A stretch of 64,000 bases of DNA from Azolla caroliniana (Eukaryota; Plantae; Polypodiophyta), in contig JBHGNT010000016.1 in NCBI GenBank assembly GCA_043228905.1, positions 14,322,001 to 14,386,000 on the forward strand, written 5' to 3'. Shown here one piece after another: positions 23,416-36,812 of the stretch. The notes beneath the pieces are model-generated. The model was given only the letters and a program-made list of their open reading frames with translations, searched no databases and was not told where the DNA came from. Each line of letters opens with the position of its first letter. Within the stretch, counting starts at the first letter, position 1. The position numbers and the translations under genes are program-made.

Positions 23416-24125
23416 ATCATCTCTTATATGTCCCAGAGGGCCCCCGTCGTCCTTGGGCCTCTATCTCTATGGACCTGATAATTGATCTACCCTTGGTCAA
23501 TAGCTATGACTCAGTGTTGGTCGTTGTCGATCGGTTTACGAAGATGGCTCACTTCACTCCATGCTCCAAAACTATTTCCGGAGAAGGAATGGTGCATCTA
23601 CTACTCCAAAATGTGGTACGCTTGCATGGAATCCCCGATGATGTCATCTCTGATCATGGACCCTAGTTTGTCTCTCACTTCTGGCAGCGCCTGCCACAAA
23701 CTTTAGGCATCTCTGTCAAGTTGTCCTCCGTGTGTCACCCCCAAAGTGACGGACAAACGGAGCGCGTCAACCAAATCCTTGAGTAGTATCTTCGGTGCTC
23801 GGTTAGTTACCAACAAGATGATTGGGTCAACTTACTTTCAGTCGCGGAATTCGCCTACAATAATTCTCTCCATGCATCGAGTGGCATCACTCCCTTCTTT
23901 GCAAACTATGGTTTACATCCTCGCTTCAACATTTCCCTTCCTACCACTTCCGTCAACCCTTTGAAATTTATCCTACATCATGATTTATCCTTAGAGCTTA
24001 GTGTTGCTAATCAATGATACAAGAAGCAAGTTGATCGCCATTGATATGCCACACCATACTTTGTTGTTGGAGACATGGTCTAGTTGTTACAACACATCTC
24101 TACTACTCGTCCATGCGCGAATCTT

Positions 24126-24578
24126 TGAAAAGAATTGCGTGCGGAAGCAATATAGAAAACTGAACAACAGAAAACGCAGGTTTAATGGAAAGATTAGGTT
24201 TGCACGGTACGCACGAGAGAGACAGAGAGAGAGAGTAAGCACAAGAACTTAATTCAAAAATAATACTCAATTTGTACATAGGATGTGCTCAATGAGCACT
24301 TTTATACAAGCCCTGACAATCGGGCTAACACAAGTATTGACAGTACTTGACTGCTCATAAATGAGCCTCAACTCTTACTCCCAAAACTATTCCTTACGAG
24401 GAATATCTTTCTAACGGCCTTTCGGTTTACGCACCGATACGGCCTTCCTATGCACCGGTTTACGTACTAGTTTACGGATCCGTTTTACGCACCGGTCTGG
24501 CCTAACCGATTGGTCCCAACCGATCCGGTCCTTGGCTTGCTCAGCCAATCCGGCTGATGTTGAGCTTGTCTCTCAACA
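24126..24578 (-). repeat. 3' LTR (453 bp)
   Basis: Diverged direct repeat of 29460-29889, with internal GGTGCGTAAACC-like repeats. Confidence 0.92.
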
Positions 24579-27500
24579 CTCCCCCTCAAGCTCAACTTGA
24601 GGCTTTTCCGGATCACTACTCCGGTTCCTCCTGGCTCCACACCTCGCTCGCGCTCCTCGGCCTGTTTGACTCTGTGCGCTTCGACCCTTCCGGTCGGTAC
24701 AACCCTTCACAGCTCCCTTGTTATCGTGGTGTTGGCGCTTCTCCTGCTGCCTTCTTTTCCGCTTGGCCCTCGGTTGATACAGTGTATCTGAATCAAACAC
24801 TCGAACTGACTCGGCTACCTCCGATCGGTTTTCGCTCTCGTCCGAGTTGGCTGTCTCCAACTCGTCTTCAGTCTTCTCGCCCTTGACGGCATCATCTCCC
24901 CCATGCTTGGTTGGCTTTGGCTCTTTCTTCCGGCTACTCCCCTTATGTCCGCTTTCGGACTCTTTCGCGGATCCTCCCTCAGCTTCTTCAATCGATCCGA
25001 AATCGAATTCGTCATCCGACTCGGCGTCGCGGTCTTCTCCGCTCCTTTCTTGCTTCCTTCCATGGTCATTCGGGATGTCTCTCCCCCTCAAGTTTGGCAC
25101 GTCGAGGTGACACAACCCAAGCGCAACCGAGAATTGTCGCAACTTGTCCAGACCAAGGGGCTTGGTGAAGATGTCGGAAGTTTGCCGATCCGTCGGAACA
25201 TACTGAAGTTCGACTTCACCAGAAAGGACACGCTCACGGACAAAATGGTAGTGCACCTCAATGTGTTTGGTCTGTGTGTGGAAAACGGGGTTCTTCACGA
25301 GATGGATGCTCCTGAGGTTGTCGCAGTAGATCGTCGTCGGATCGGACACCTCCACCTGCAGATCCTTAAGTAGTCGCTTCAACCATATGGCTTTGCATGT
25401 CACGACAGCCGCTCCTCTATACTCGGCTTCGGTGCTCGACAATGCAACTGTCGACTACTTCTTGCTACTCCACGCTATCGCAACACTCCCAAGAGAGAAC
25501 GCGTATCTAGACGTGGATCGGCAATCGGTGGCGTTGCCAGCCCAATCAGCATCGGTGTAGCCGACCAACTGCGGGGCTAGACCGGTCCGAAATAGCAGTC
25601 CCCAGTCCTTAGTGCCGCTTACGTACCGCAGTACACGTTGCGCACACTGAAGGTGCTCCTCGGTAGGTCGCGCCATAAACTGACTGATCACCCCAACCGG
25701 ATAACTGAGATCAGGTCGGGTGATTGTCAAGTAAATAAAGCTTCCGACAATTTGTCGGAACCTCGTCGGGTCGCACACCTTTCCGGAATTGGGGCGAAGC
25801 TTGACGGTTCTATCAAGAGGAGTCGAGATGGACTTACAGTCGGTCATCTTGAATTTGAAGAGCATATTTAATGCGTAATGACGTTGGCTGATCAGTATGC
25901 CTTCAGGGGTGCGGATCACTTCGACCCCGAGGAAGTAATGAAGATCCCCCAGATCCTTTATGTCGAACGATGTCGAAAGCTGAAGCTTCACGCGGTTGAT
26001 TTCACTTAGATCGGCGCCGGTGATGACCAAGTTATCAACATAAAGTAGAATACTAACGGGGCCCGAGTCGACCTTTTCAGATGAACAGTGAGGAGTCTGA
26101 TTTCGACGTCGCAAAACCCATCCAGCGTAGTTGTTGTGTGATCTTCGCGTTCCAGGCACGTGGGGCTTGCTTTAGTCCGTAAAGGGACTTCTTCAATCGG
26201 CACAACACCGAAGTGTTCGTTCCGGAGTGAAATCCGGGGGGTTGTACCATGTACACTTGTTCCTCAAGCTCACCTTGCAGGAATGCATTCTTTACATCCA
26301 TCTGATGTAAGTGCCACCCCTTGGCTGCGTCTACCACGAGCAAAACACGAACGGTTGTCATCTTCGCAACCGGCGCAAACGTCTCATCGTAGTCGATGTC
26401 GTGTTTCTGCGCGTCGCCTTTCGATACTAACCGGGCCTTGTATCGGTTGACCGAGCCGTCGGTGTTGTACTTGACCTTGTACACCCACCTACATTCGATC
26501 GGCTTCACACCCTTCAGTGCGTCAACCAGGTCCCAAGTCTCGTTTCCGCTAGTGCGTGCTTCTCTTCCTCCATCGCAGCGCGCCAATTCGCGTCCTTAGT
26601 CGCCTCTACGTAGCTCTCCGACTCACGCACTTCCACTACACAGGTCATGTACACATAATGATGTGCCATGTACTCGTTGTATCCGAACCGCACAACTAGG
26701 TTCTTTTGGCGGGTAGATCGGCGTAATCAGTCGTTAGCCGATATCGAGGTCTTCTCGGCCGACGCGAACTTCGCTCTTGAAGACCCGTCGCCGCTTCCCT
26801 CGGAGTCGGACTCGCGTCGACCTGATTCGTTCCTATCCGTGCCAGAATCCGACACCTTCTTCTTCCCTTTCTCTTTGCGCGTAAGCCGTCTCCTCGGCTT
26901 CCTACGCGGGGAATGCATGGTCGAGTCTCCACTACTCGCCGGCTCTTCATTGGACTGGTCGTACCGACTCAGTCATTCATTCAGTCCCCTTAACCGAAAC
27001 GAAATCGGACTCTCTTCGGGGGTTCCGATTTCAGGCTCAGCTGGAAGCACCTCGGCCTCATTGTCCTCATCGTCAGAACTCGGATTGGAGGTGAGGTCCG
27101 GACTTGGAGGCAAGTACCAGGACGCGGACTCATCAAAGACAACGTCGCGGCTCACGCGCGCTTGTTTGGTAAGCAGGTTATAGCACTTATAACCCTTCTG
27201 CTCGTCTGAATAGCCGACCAAGATACACTTCTTGGCTTTCACGTACAACTTCCTCCTTTTCTCCTTCGGCACATGCACATACGCAATGCTACCGAAAACT
27301 CATAAGTGTCGCAAGTTTGGCTTCGTTCCGAAATATAGCTCGTGCGTCAACACTTTATCTCTGATCCGATTCTGGATGTATACCACGGTCCTTACCGCCT
27401 TAGTCCAGTAGAACTTGGGAAAGCTCTTCTCTTCCAGCATTGCCCGTGCCGCTTCTACAACTGACCAATTTTTCCTCTCGGCCACGCCGTTTTTCTCAGG

Positions 27501-29377
27501 CGTGTATCTACAACTGAATTTGCGTCGGATTCCCATCTATTGTAGATAATCGTTGAATTGACCGGAAAAGTATTCTTTTCCGCCATCCGACTGCAGACAC
27601 TTGATCTTTCTTCCTGTTTCCGTTTCTACGAACCCTTTGAGGTCCCGGAAACAATTTAAGACTTTGCTCTTCCTCTTGATGAGGTAGATCCATGTGTGCC
27701 ACGTGTAGTCATCGATGAAGGAGATGAAATATCAGCTCCTGCCAAGACTAACGTTTTGTGCCAGCAGCCCCCACACATCGGAGTGTATCAAGTCGAGCTT
27801 GTTCCGGCTCTGGTTACGCTCGTTGAGGAATGGAAGTCAGTGTTGCTTCCCAAGCTCGCAGGCTTCACAAATTTGTGCCTTCCGGCCACTAAACTTGGGA
27901 AATCTGAACACCACTTGTTTCAATCTGAACACCACTGGTAGTTGACATGGCCTATCCGCTTGTGCCATAAGTCGATGTTTGACTCAAGGTTTTCTCCCTT
28001 CGCGAACATTGCAGTGCCACCGTTAGTAGAGTCGAGGATGAACATCCTCCCATCTCTGCGCCCTTGCGCAATAATACAACCTTCTTCCTCAATGAAGCAC
28101 CCAAGGTATGTGAACCGAACCTACATCCCCTGGTCGACGATCTGCCCGACCGACACCAGATTCATCGTGATGGTCGAGACGTGTAACACGTTCATAAGTT
28201 TCCCTTTCTTCCCAATGTGGCTCAACAGAACTTCACCGACATTCGTGATCGGATGCGGAGTGTCATCTCCGGTTGCGACTACTCCTGGTTGCGTCGGTTT
28301 CTCAAGATATGAGAACCACTCCTCGTCGCACGTCATATGGTTTGACGCGCCAGAGTTGACGTACCACACCTCTGTCCGATTTCGGGGCAGACTGCTTCAT
28401 TGAGTTTGCTTCGTGTGTCATCATGAAGACTGACCCTTTTCCGGCTTCTCTGGATCCTTCGGCGTAGTGCGATTGCTACCAGTTTCCTTTGTCGGTATGT
28501 TCGGAACCAGATCCGTAACCGGTCCTCTCCGACTCGGTGCGCTTCTTCTAGCACGCGCTTTCCCTGTGGCCTTTCTTGCCACAGTACCAGCATTCCGCGG
28601 CGGATTTCCCTTTCCGGTTCTCATCGCCTCAACTCCCCCTGTTTCCGGAGGGTCTGAAGTTGCTGTTGGCATCACTTCGGTGCCTTCTTCCTTGATCCCG
28701 TTGGCCGCCTCCATTGCGTACCGACTCGCCTCGTCTACCACGACCACGGGGCCTCTCTCCCTCTGTGTACAACATCTTGCTATCGGCATGCATGCTTGTC
28801 GACGCACTCGCTTGGTTCTCCTCTATAAGGAGCATCGATTGTAAGTCAAAAAACGATGGCGTATTCTCCTGGGTACACAGAGCAGTTCGGAATGCCCCGA
28901 ACTTAGACGTCAAACCCCCGAGACAGACCTGGACCATCTCGCTTTCCTCGATGTTCACATCGATGGAGGCTAAGGAGTCGCATATGTCCTTAATCCTCGA
29001 GGTATAGTCAGCCACCGACAAAATCGCGTTGCCGTAGGTTGCTCAACTGTCGGAGCTGAAGCTTCCTAGCTATGGTGCTCGCGGTGAAAATCTTCTTCAG
29101 ATTTTCCCACGCACCCTTCGGCTTCTTTGCATCCCGAACGTAGCTTAACAGCTGTACACCCACACAAGATGCGAAACAGTATGACACTCTGCTCGCCGAT
29201 TGTTCCCACGCCTGGAAGTCTTTGTGTGTCGAATCGGGTGCTGTGTCATTTTGCTCCATCGACATAACTCCAGTAACCATGTCCGAGCAGGTACTGGTGC
29301 ATCTTGTAAGACCAAGATGCGTAGTTGTTTCTGTCGAGCTTCTGCGTCGGAAGCGAGCTAGCCATGCCTCTGTCCAT
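24573..29377 (-). pseudogene. gag-pol: Copia gag-pol pseudogene with a long post-RNase H tail
   Basis: Fragments carry gag, protease (WYVNSGASNHM), integrase (NGVAERKN), RT (HQMDVKNAFL, LYVDN) and RNase H (SSTEAEYR, TKHIEVHYHFVRE); many stops and frameshifts. Confidence 0.92.
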
Positions 29378-29459
29378 TGGTTTTGTTGTTCTTCTTCGTT
29401 GGTTTTCCCTTCAAGTAAAGTCGGTTGCAGAGGTTCTCAACCCTCGCGCTCTGATACCA

Positions 29460-29889
29460 TGAAAAGAATTGCGTGCGGAAGCAATATAGAAAACCGAACA
29501 ACAGAAAATGCAAGTTTAATGGAAAGCTTAGGTTTGCACAGTACGCACGAGAGAGACAGATAGAGAGAGAGTAAGCACAAGAACTTAATTAAAAAATAAT
29601 ACTCAATCTGTACATAGGATGTGCTCAGTGAGCACTTTTATACAAGCCTTGACAATCGAGCTGACACAAGTACTGACAGTACTTGATTGCTCATAAATGA
29701 GCCTCGACTCTTTCTCCCAAAAATATTCCCAATGAGGAATATCTTTCTAACAGCCTTTCAGTTTACGCACCAATACGGCCTTCCTACGCACTGGTTTGCG
29801 TACCGGTTTACGCATCCGTTCTACGCACCGGTTCGGCCTAACCGATCGCTCCCAACCGATCCGGCCGATGTTGAGCTTGTCTCTCAACA
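29460..29889 (-). repeat. 5' LTR (430 bp)
   Basis: Adjacent to the PBS; repeat of 24126-24578. Confidence 0.92.
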
Positions 29890-30289
29890 AACTTGATTAT
29901 AAGAAGTTGGAACCATTCCATATTATCGAGTGCATCAATCTCGTCGCCTTCCAGCCCACCCTTCCATCCCACTTCTGGATTCACGATGTTTTTCATGTCT
30001 CCCTCCTCAAACCCCATTATGCTTCGTAACTCCGAGGACATCAGGCCCCACCACCACCTGTGCAATTGACGATAGGGAAGGAATACAAGGTTGACCAAAT
30101 CCTTGACTCGCGTTGGCACCGTCGACAGTTGCAATACCTCATCTTGTGGAGGGGTTACCCCATGTATGACACCACGTGGGAACCATCGGAAAATTTACAA
30201 AATGCCCTAGAGGTGGTCCAAGATTTTCATCACCGATATCCCCACAAACCGGCGGCTGATTTGGGAAGGCGGCATAGGAGGGAGGACAA

Positions 30290-30640
30290 TGTCAAGATTT
30301 AAATTCTTGACATGACCATATTATAATAAAGTATTATGGGTTAACCAACCTATCTAGTATACAATTATGTATATAATTGGTCCTTGTAGTTTTGGCTAGC
30401 ATCATGTGCATAGTTGCTCCCTTATAGTATTTACACTTGGCACATGCATGCGTTCCTACATGATCTATTGTAGATTCACATGCGTGCAACAAGTATGCAT
30501 GCCGTGTAGTATAAATAGTCGAGTTCACCTTGAAGGAATTCAAGGTGAACAACACCAGTTATGGAGTCTTTCAGTTAATACTACTCATCCATTTGGTTAT
30601 CTTCTTTCTTGTCTCTTGAGGTTATGATCTATCCGTGACA
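30290..30640 (+). repeat. 3' LTR (351 bp) of the Tcn1-type element
   Basis: TGTCA...TGACA directly after the PPT; TATAAATA at 30510. Confidence 0.8.
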
Positions 30641-32579
30641 GATTGGTGGCACTGTAAAGTGGCTGGGCTCGTTGCCTTGTGGCTCAACCGGCGCTTCCTC
30701 TTGTAGTCTCTCTGTGGGTGGCTCTAGTTGTATCTCTTCTTGTACTACTTCCTCCACAATGACTGTCGTGGTTGGGATTGTGTCGTTGGGTACGGTTATC
30801 GTAGTCACCTCCGGAGTGCCTGCTTGTTTGGTCGGGGTCTCATTCTGCTCCGCGAGTCACTATCCTATGGGACTATGTCAGGTACGATCATCGTAGTCAC
30901 CTCCGGAGTGCCTGCCTATTCGGTCGGGGTCTCATCTTGCTCCGCGGAGTCACTATCCTATAAGGTGATGGTTGTCGCCTTCTTCATTTTCCCTGCTTTG
31001 ACTTTCCCTTCCGATGTCGCACAACTGGCGGAACACTTCTTCTTGACTTTCTCCGAAGTTTTCCAATAGTTGTGTCATTTCTTTGGTGTGACGATAGGCC
31101 AATGTCTGGTAATCCTGCGTAAGGTCCTCGCAAACCGTAGCGATGCTTTATTCACATAGTTTATAAAAACCCTTCCCCTCCTTATGCCAAATTTCCTAGT
31201 CTGCTCTATAAGCGTGGAGTTCCACTGCCTATGCCACCCATCCGGCCCATCCTTTATCTAATGCAGCTTTTAGTTGGGCCGTAAACCGTTCGTGCTTTGT
31301 TTGGAGTAGGGTGCATATACGATCCATGCTCCAATTCCTACGGGTCTGTAAGTCCTCCAGAGCCTTCTTGAGGTTCTCAATTTTCCGCTTGTTGGCCGTT
31401 GCTGCTTCTTCATAATGCGTCTTCATTTGGGCCCATATTTTCGACTCCTTGTCATGGAGCTCCTCCCGTCGCCCCATCTCGTTGTTGAGGGGAATTTCGA
31501 CATCTCGACTAAGTTGGCACTCGTTCTCGATTTGTTCGTCATACCACTCGCGCTTTTTCTGGGCCGCTTCTCGTAACGCCGAAATGATGTTTTCCTTTTT
31601 GATTCCTTCATCGTGAAGCTTGTCCCTCTCTTCCTTTGTTTGGCCATGTGCTACTATTTCGGCATCGAGCTTGTCCTTGCGTCCTTTTGCTCAGATGTCT
31701 GACGACTAGCGGAGTTATGATCAAAGGTGGTCAATCTCCGTTTTGCCTAGTTGGATAGCCTTTTCCGCCTTTGCCACTATTGCTACGTGAGCCTCTACCT
31801 CCTCCTGTAGCGTCGTCACTTCGGCGTCGTGGGAGGTAGTAACCGGAGGGTGTTGCGTAGTAGTTGCGTTATTCTCCAACCGTGTGATGGGCTCCTACGC
31901 CTTATTTAATTGATCCTGGGTAATTTTGATGGTTTTCCACACATTTTTATTCTTAATCACCACGTCTTTGACGCCCAGACTGACCTTTGCCAACTCCCTA
32001 TGGACCTCCACTAAGGCAGCATTTAGTGCATGGAGTTCAATTCCGACACGGTGGACCTTGCGTTGTGCTTCCTGCCCACTTTTGCTAGTGGTTCTTCATC
32101 CTCACTCTCGGTCAGGCAAGAGCCGTGAGCACGCCTTTACCGCGTTGTGATTGTGCGGTTATGATCGGCCACGGCTTGTGAATGAGTTCCAATGTGGAAA
32201 TGGGCTCCGTGGAGACGGAATCTTCAACCCACTCAACCTTATCTTTTACCAGTCCACGCCCATCCATCCTATCCAGCCGTCGACTCTTAAGCCTAGGACT
32301 GGCTCGATTCGGCTATTCCTCATCCTGCTTGGCCATAGTTGGCACTTCCATGGTTGTTCTGTAGCTCTTCTTCCGTTGGAGCAGCTTCGTTGGAGGAAGG
32401 GTTCAGTTCTTCCTCCCATTCCGTTGTTGCGAGGTCTGCTAACCTCTGTTTCCTGGACTGAGGTGGAGGCATAGATCTGGCTGTGTCCGGGGTGGGAAAT
32501 CCTTGGGGAGGGAACAATACGGTTAAGTATTGTTGTATTATTGGAAGCAGCTTTTTCCCGCCCTGAAATTCGTGAAGGC

Positions 32580-33023
32580 TATTGAGATACAAGCTCAACA
32601 TTGGCTGGATCGGCTGTGCAAGCCGAGAACCGGATCTGTTGGGGCTGATCAGTTAGGCTAGACCGGTGCGTAAAATAGGTGTGTACACCAATATGCAAAC
32701 CGGTGCGTAACGAGAAGCCGTAGCGGTGCGAAAACCGCGAGGCCGTTTGAAAGATATTCCGGGTAGGAATATATTTTGGGAGGTAGCGTAGAGCTCAGTT
32801 ATGAGCATTGAAGTACGTGTCAGTACTTATGTCAGTCCGTATGGACTTATATAAAAGTGCTCACTGAGCACATCCTATGTACAGATTGAGTATTATTTTG
32901 AATTGAGTTTCTGTGTGTTCTCTCTCTGTCTCTCCCGCGTACTGTGTATATTCAACCTCTCCATTAAACCTCTGTATTTTCTGTGTTCAGTTTTCTACTT
33001 GCTTCCGCAAGTTATTCTTTACA
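32580..33023 (+). repeat. 5' LTR (444 bp; TG mutated to TA)
   Basis: Repeat of 44493-44934, followed by the iMet PBS. Confidence 0.92.
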
Positions 33024-36000
33024 TGGTATCAGAGCACGAGGGTTGAGAACCTCTGCAGCCGACATAGCTTAAAAAGAAAACTAACCAAGAAGAACAAGAA
33101 AAACAAAATGGATAGAGGCATGGCTAGCTCGCTTCCTACCGAGAAGCTCGACAGAAACAACTACGCATCTTGGTCCTACAAGAGGCACCAGTACCTGCTC
33201 GGGCACGGTTACTGAAGTTATGTCGACGGAGCAAATGACACAGCACCCGAATTGACACACGGAGATTTCCTGGCGTGGGAACAGTCGGCGAGCAGAGTAC
33301 TATACTGCTTCGCCTCTTGTGTGGGCAGAATAGCTCCTGAGCTATATTCGGGATGCTAAAACGCCAAAGGATGCGTGGGGAAATCTGAAGAAGATTTTCG
33401 CCGCAAGCACCACAGCCAAAAAGCTTCAACTCCGACAGGAGCTGAGCAATTTACGACAACGCGACTTGTCGGTGGCTGATTACACCTCGAAGCTCAACGA
33501 GATATGTGACTCCTTAGCCTCTATCGATGTGAACATCGAGGAAGGTGAGATGGTGCAGATCTATCTCGGGGGATTGGCGTCGAAGTTCGGAGCATTCCGA
33601 ACTGTTGTGTGTACACGGGAGAATACGTCGTCGTTTTTAAACCTTCAATCGATGCTCCTTATAGAGAAGAACCACGCGGGTGCGTCAACAAGCACGCATG
33701 CCGACAGCAAGATGTTGTACACAAAGGGAGATAGACCCCGTGGTCGTGGCAGACGAGGCGAGTCGGTGCGCAATGGAGGCGGCCGACGGGATCTAGGAAG
33801 AAGGCACCGAAGCGATGCCGACAGCAATTCTGGACCCTCCGGAAACAGGGGGAGTCGGGGCGACGAGAACCGGCAAGGGAAATCCATTGTGGAATGCTAG
33901 TATTGTTGCAAGAAAGGCCACAAGGAGAGTGAGTACTAGAAGAAGCGCGCTGATTCAGAGAGGACCCGATCCGAACCAGGCTCCGAATAAACCGACAAAG
34001 GAAATTGGCAGCGATCGCACCACGCTGAAGAGTCTGGAAAAGCCAGAAAAGGGTCAGCCTTCGTGACGAGACACGAAGCGAACTCGATGAAGATTTCCAC
34101 CCCGAAATCGAACGAGGTGTGGTACGTTGACTCTGGCGCGTTAAACCACATGACTTGCACAAGGAGTGGTTCTCATACCTTGAGAAACCGATGCAACCGG
34201 GAGTAGTCGCAACCAGAGACGACACTCTGCATCCGATCGCAAATGTCGGATGTGAAGTTCCCCTAAGCCATGTCGGGCAGAAAGGGAAACTCATGAATGT
34301 GTTACACGTCCCGACTATCACGAAGAATCAGGTGTCGGTCGGGTAGACCGTCGACTAGGGGATGCACGTTCGATTCACGCAACTCTGGTGCTTTATCAAA
34401 GAAGAAGGCCAAGTTATTGTGCAAGGGCACAGAGACGGGAGGATGTTTATCCTCGACTCTAGTGACGGCGGCACCGCAATATTCGCAAAAGGACAAAAAG
34501 TCGAGTCGGATATCGACTTATGGCACAAGCGGATAGGCCACATCAACTAGCAACGGCTTCAGGACCTGCAATCGAAACAGGTGGTGTTCAGATTGCCAAA
34601 ATGTAGTGCCCGGAAGGCACAAATTTGTGAAGCCTGCCAGCTAGGGAAGCAACACCGACTTCCTTTCCCAAACGAGTGTAATCGGAGCCGGAACAAGCTC
34701 AACTTGATACATTCTGATGTATGGGTGCCAGCAGAAAACATTTGTCTTGGTAGGAGTCGATATTTTGCCTCCTTTATCGACGACTATACGCGGCACACGT
34801 GGATCTACCTTGAGAGACTTTGGTAGCATTGCGTATGTGCATGTACCGGAAGAGAAACGGAGGAAGTTGGACGAGAAAGCCGAGAAGTGTATCTTGGTTG
34901 GCTATTTGGACGAGCAGAAGGGTTATAAGTGTTATAACCCTCGTGAGCCGCGACGTTGTGTTTGATGAGTCCACATCTTGGTACTTGCCTTCGACTCCAG
35001 AGATCATCTCCAATTCGAGTTCTGACGATGAGGTTAGCGAGGCCGAGATGCCTCCGGATGAGCCTGAAATCGGGACCAGCGAAGAGAGTCCAATTTCGTT
35101 TCGGTTAAGCGGACCGGATGGACGACTGAGTCGGTTCGACCAGTCTGATGAAGGGCCGGAGAGTAGTGGAGACTCGGCCGTGCATTCCCCGCGCAGGAAG
35201 CCGAGGAGACGGCTTACTCGCAAAGAAACAAGGAAGAAGAAGGTGTCGGATTACGACACGGATAGGAACGAGTCGGATTGACGCGAGTCTGATTCCGAGG
35301 GAAGTGACGACGGATCTTTGAGAGCGAAATCCGCATCGGCCATGAAAGCCTCAAGATCAGGTAATGAGCAATTGCGCCGATCTACCCGCCAGAAGAACCC
35401 TATTGTGCGGTTCGGTTACAATGAGTACATGGCACATCACTATGTGTATATGACCCGTGTAGCGATAGTGCGTGAGCCGGAGAGCTACACAAAAGCGGCG
35501 AAGGACGAAAATTGGCGTGCCGCAATGGAGGAAGAGATGCGTGCATTGGCGGAGAATGAAACCTGGGACTTGATTGACGCACTGAAAGGTGTGAAGCCGA
35601 TCGGATGTAGGTGGTGTACAAGGTCAAGTACAACACTGACGGCTCGGTCAACCGCTACCAGGCCCGGTTAGTAGCAAAAGGCTACACGCAGAAACACTGC
35701 ATTGATTACGATGAGACGTTTGCACCGGTCGCGAAGATGACGATCGTCCGTGTTTTGCTTGTGGTCGTTGCGGCAAAGGGGTGGCACTTACATCAGATGG
35801 ATGTAAGGAATGCATTCCTGCAAGGTGAGCTTGAGGAACAGGTGTATATGGTACAACCCCCTGGATTTCACTCCGGAACGAACACTTCGGTGGTGTGCCG
35901 ATTGAAGAAGTCCCTTTACGGACTAAAGCAAGCCCCGCGTGCCTGGAACACGAAGATCACGCAACGATTGCGTCGGTTGGGCTTTGCGACGTCAAAATCG

Positions 36001-36331
36001 GACTCCTCATTGTTCATCTGGAAAGGTCAACTCAGGCCAGTTAGCATTTTGCTTTATGTTGATGACTTGGTCATCACCGGCGCCGACCTCGGTGAAATTA
36101 ATTGCGTAAAGCTCTAGCTCGTGGCATCATTTGACATGAAGGACCTAGGGGACCTTCATTACTTCCTCTGGATCGAAGTGAGTCGTACCCCTGAAGGCAT
36201 ATTGATCAGCCAACATCATTACGCACTGAATATGCTCTTCAAATTCGGGATGGCCTACTGTAAGTCCATCTCGACTCCTCTTGATAGAACCGTCAAGCTT
36301 CGCCCCGATTCTGGAGAGGTATGTGACCTGA

Positions 36332-36805
36332 TGTTAAGAGTCTATTACTAATCAATAGACCAAATCAAGTAAAAAGGAAGAAAATAGATTGGATAGAAGA
36401 ACCCGTTCCACCCGACCACCCGCGAGCTATGATCTAGACATAGCCAACCTACCACCGACGTCCCATACCGCCGGATATTAGGATGACTAATACCTTGGAA
36501 GAGATAAACACGATCGTCGAGACGAAAGCCTAGCCCGCACCACCGGTGTCTACGACAGCAGCCTTCCGACGTGATGATCTCTATGAGGGTAGCTAAGCCT
36601 CATATTTATACCTTTTCCTAGGCCCCTTGAATAGATGTGCCTTTCTAAAAGGCTCTCTATTCATTGGTTGTCTAAATCATGATAGTGCATGCACATATCA
36701 TTCATTCTATCCAATCATTAGTCCCCTTTTTAATAATAGTGAACATACCCTTCACTAATGTAAATATTAGTGACCTACCCTCACCAACGTTATGTGTACA
36801 TAACA
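36332..36805 (-). repeat. 3' LTR
   Basis: TGTTA...TAACA, repeat of 42827-43300. Confidence 0.96.
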
Positions 36806-36812
36806 TACTCCC

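Larger units (their letters stand above)
24126..29889 (-). mobile_element. Full-length degenerate Ty1/copia element (second family, Ale/Ivana-like motifs)
   Basis: LTRs 24126-24578 and 29460-29889, perfect iMet PBS at 29448-29459, PPT at 24579-24588, TSD ATCTT/AACTT. Confidence 0.94.
23415..30640 (+). mobile_element. 3' part of a Tcn1-type chromovirus (integrase, chromodomain, PPT, 3' LTR), interrupted by a Copia
   Basis: SMDLIIDLP..VVVDRFTKMAHF; RPCAK|LDYKKLEPF reads across the insertion; chromodomain YKVDQILDSR..YLILWRGY..TWEP (30060..30302); PPT AGGAGGGAGGACAA. Confidence 0.88.

Noticed and set aside
30700-32579. Retroviral env gene
   Set aside because: No signal peptide or clear transmembrane segment in the fragments; kept only as an extra ORF of unknown function.
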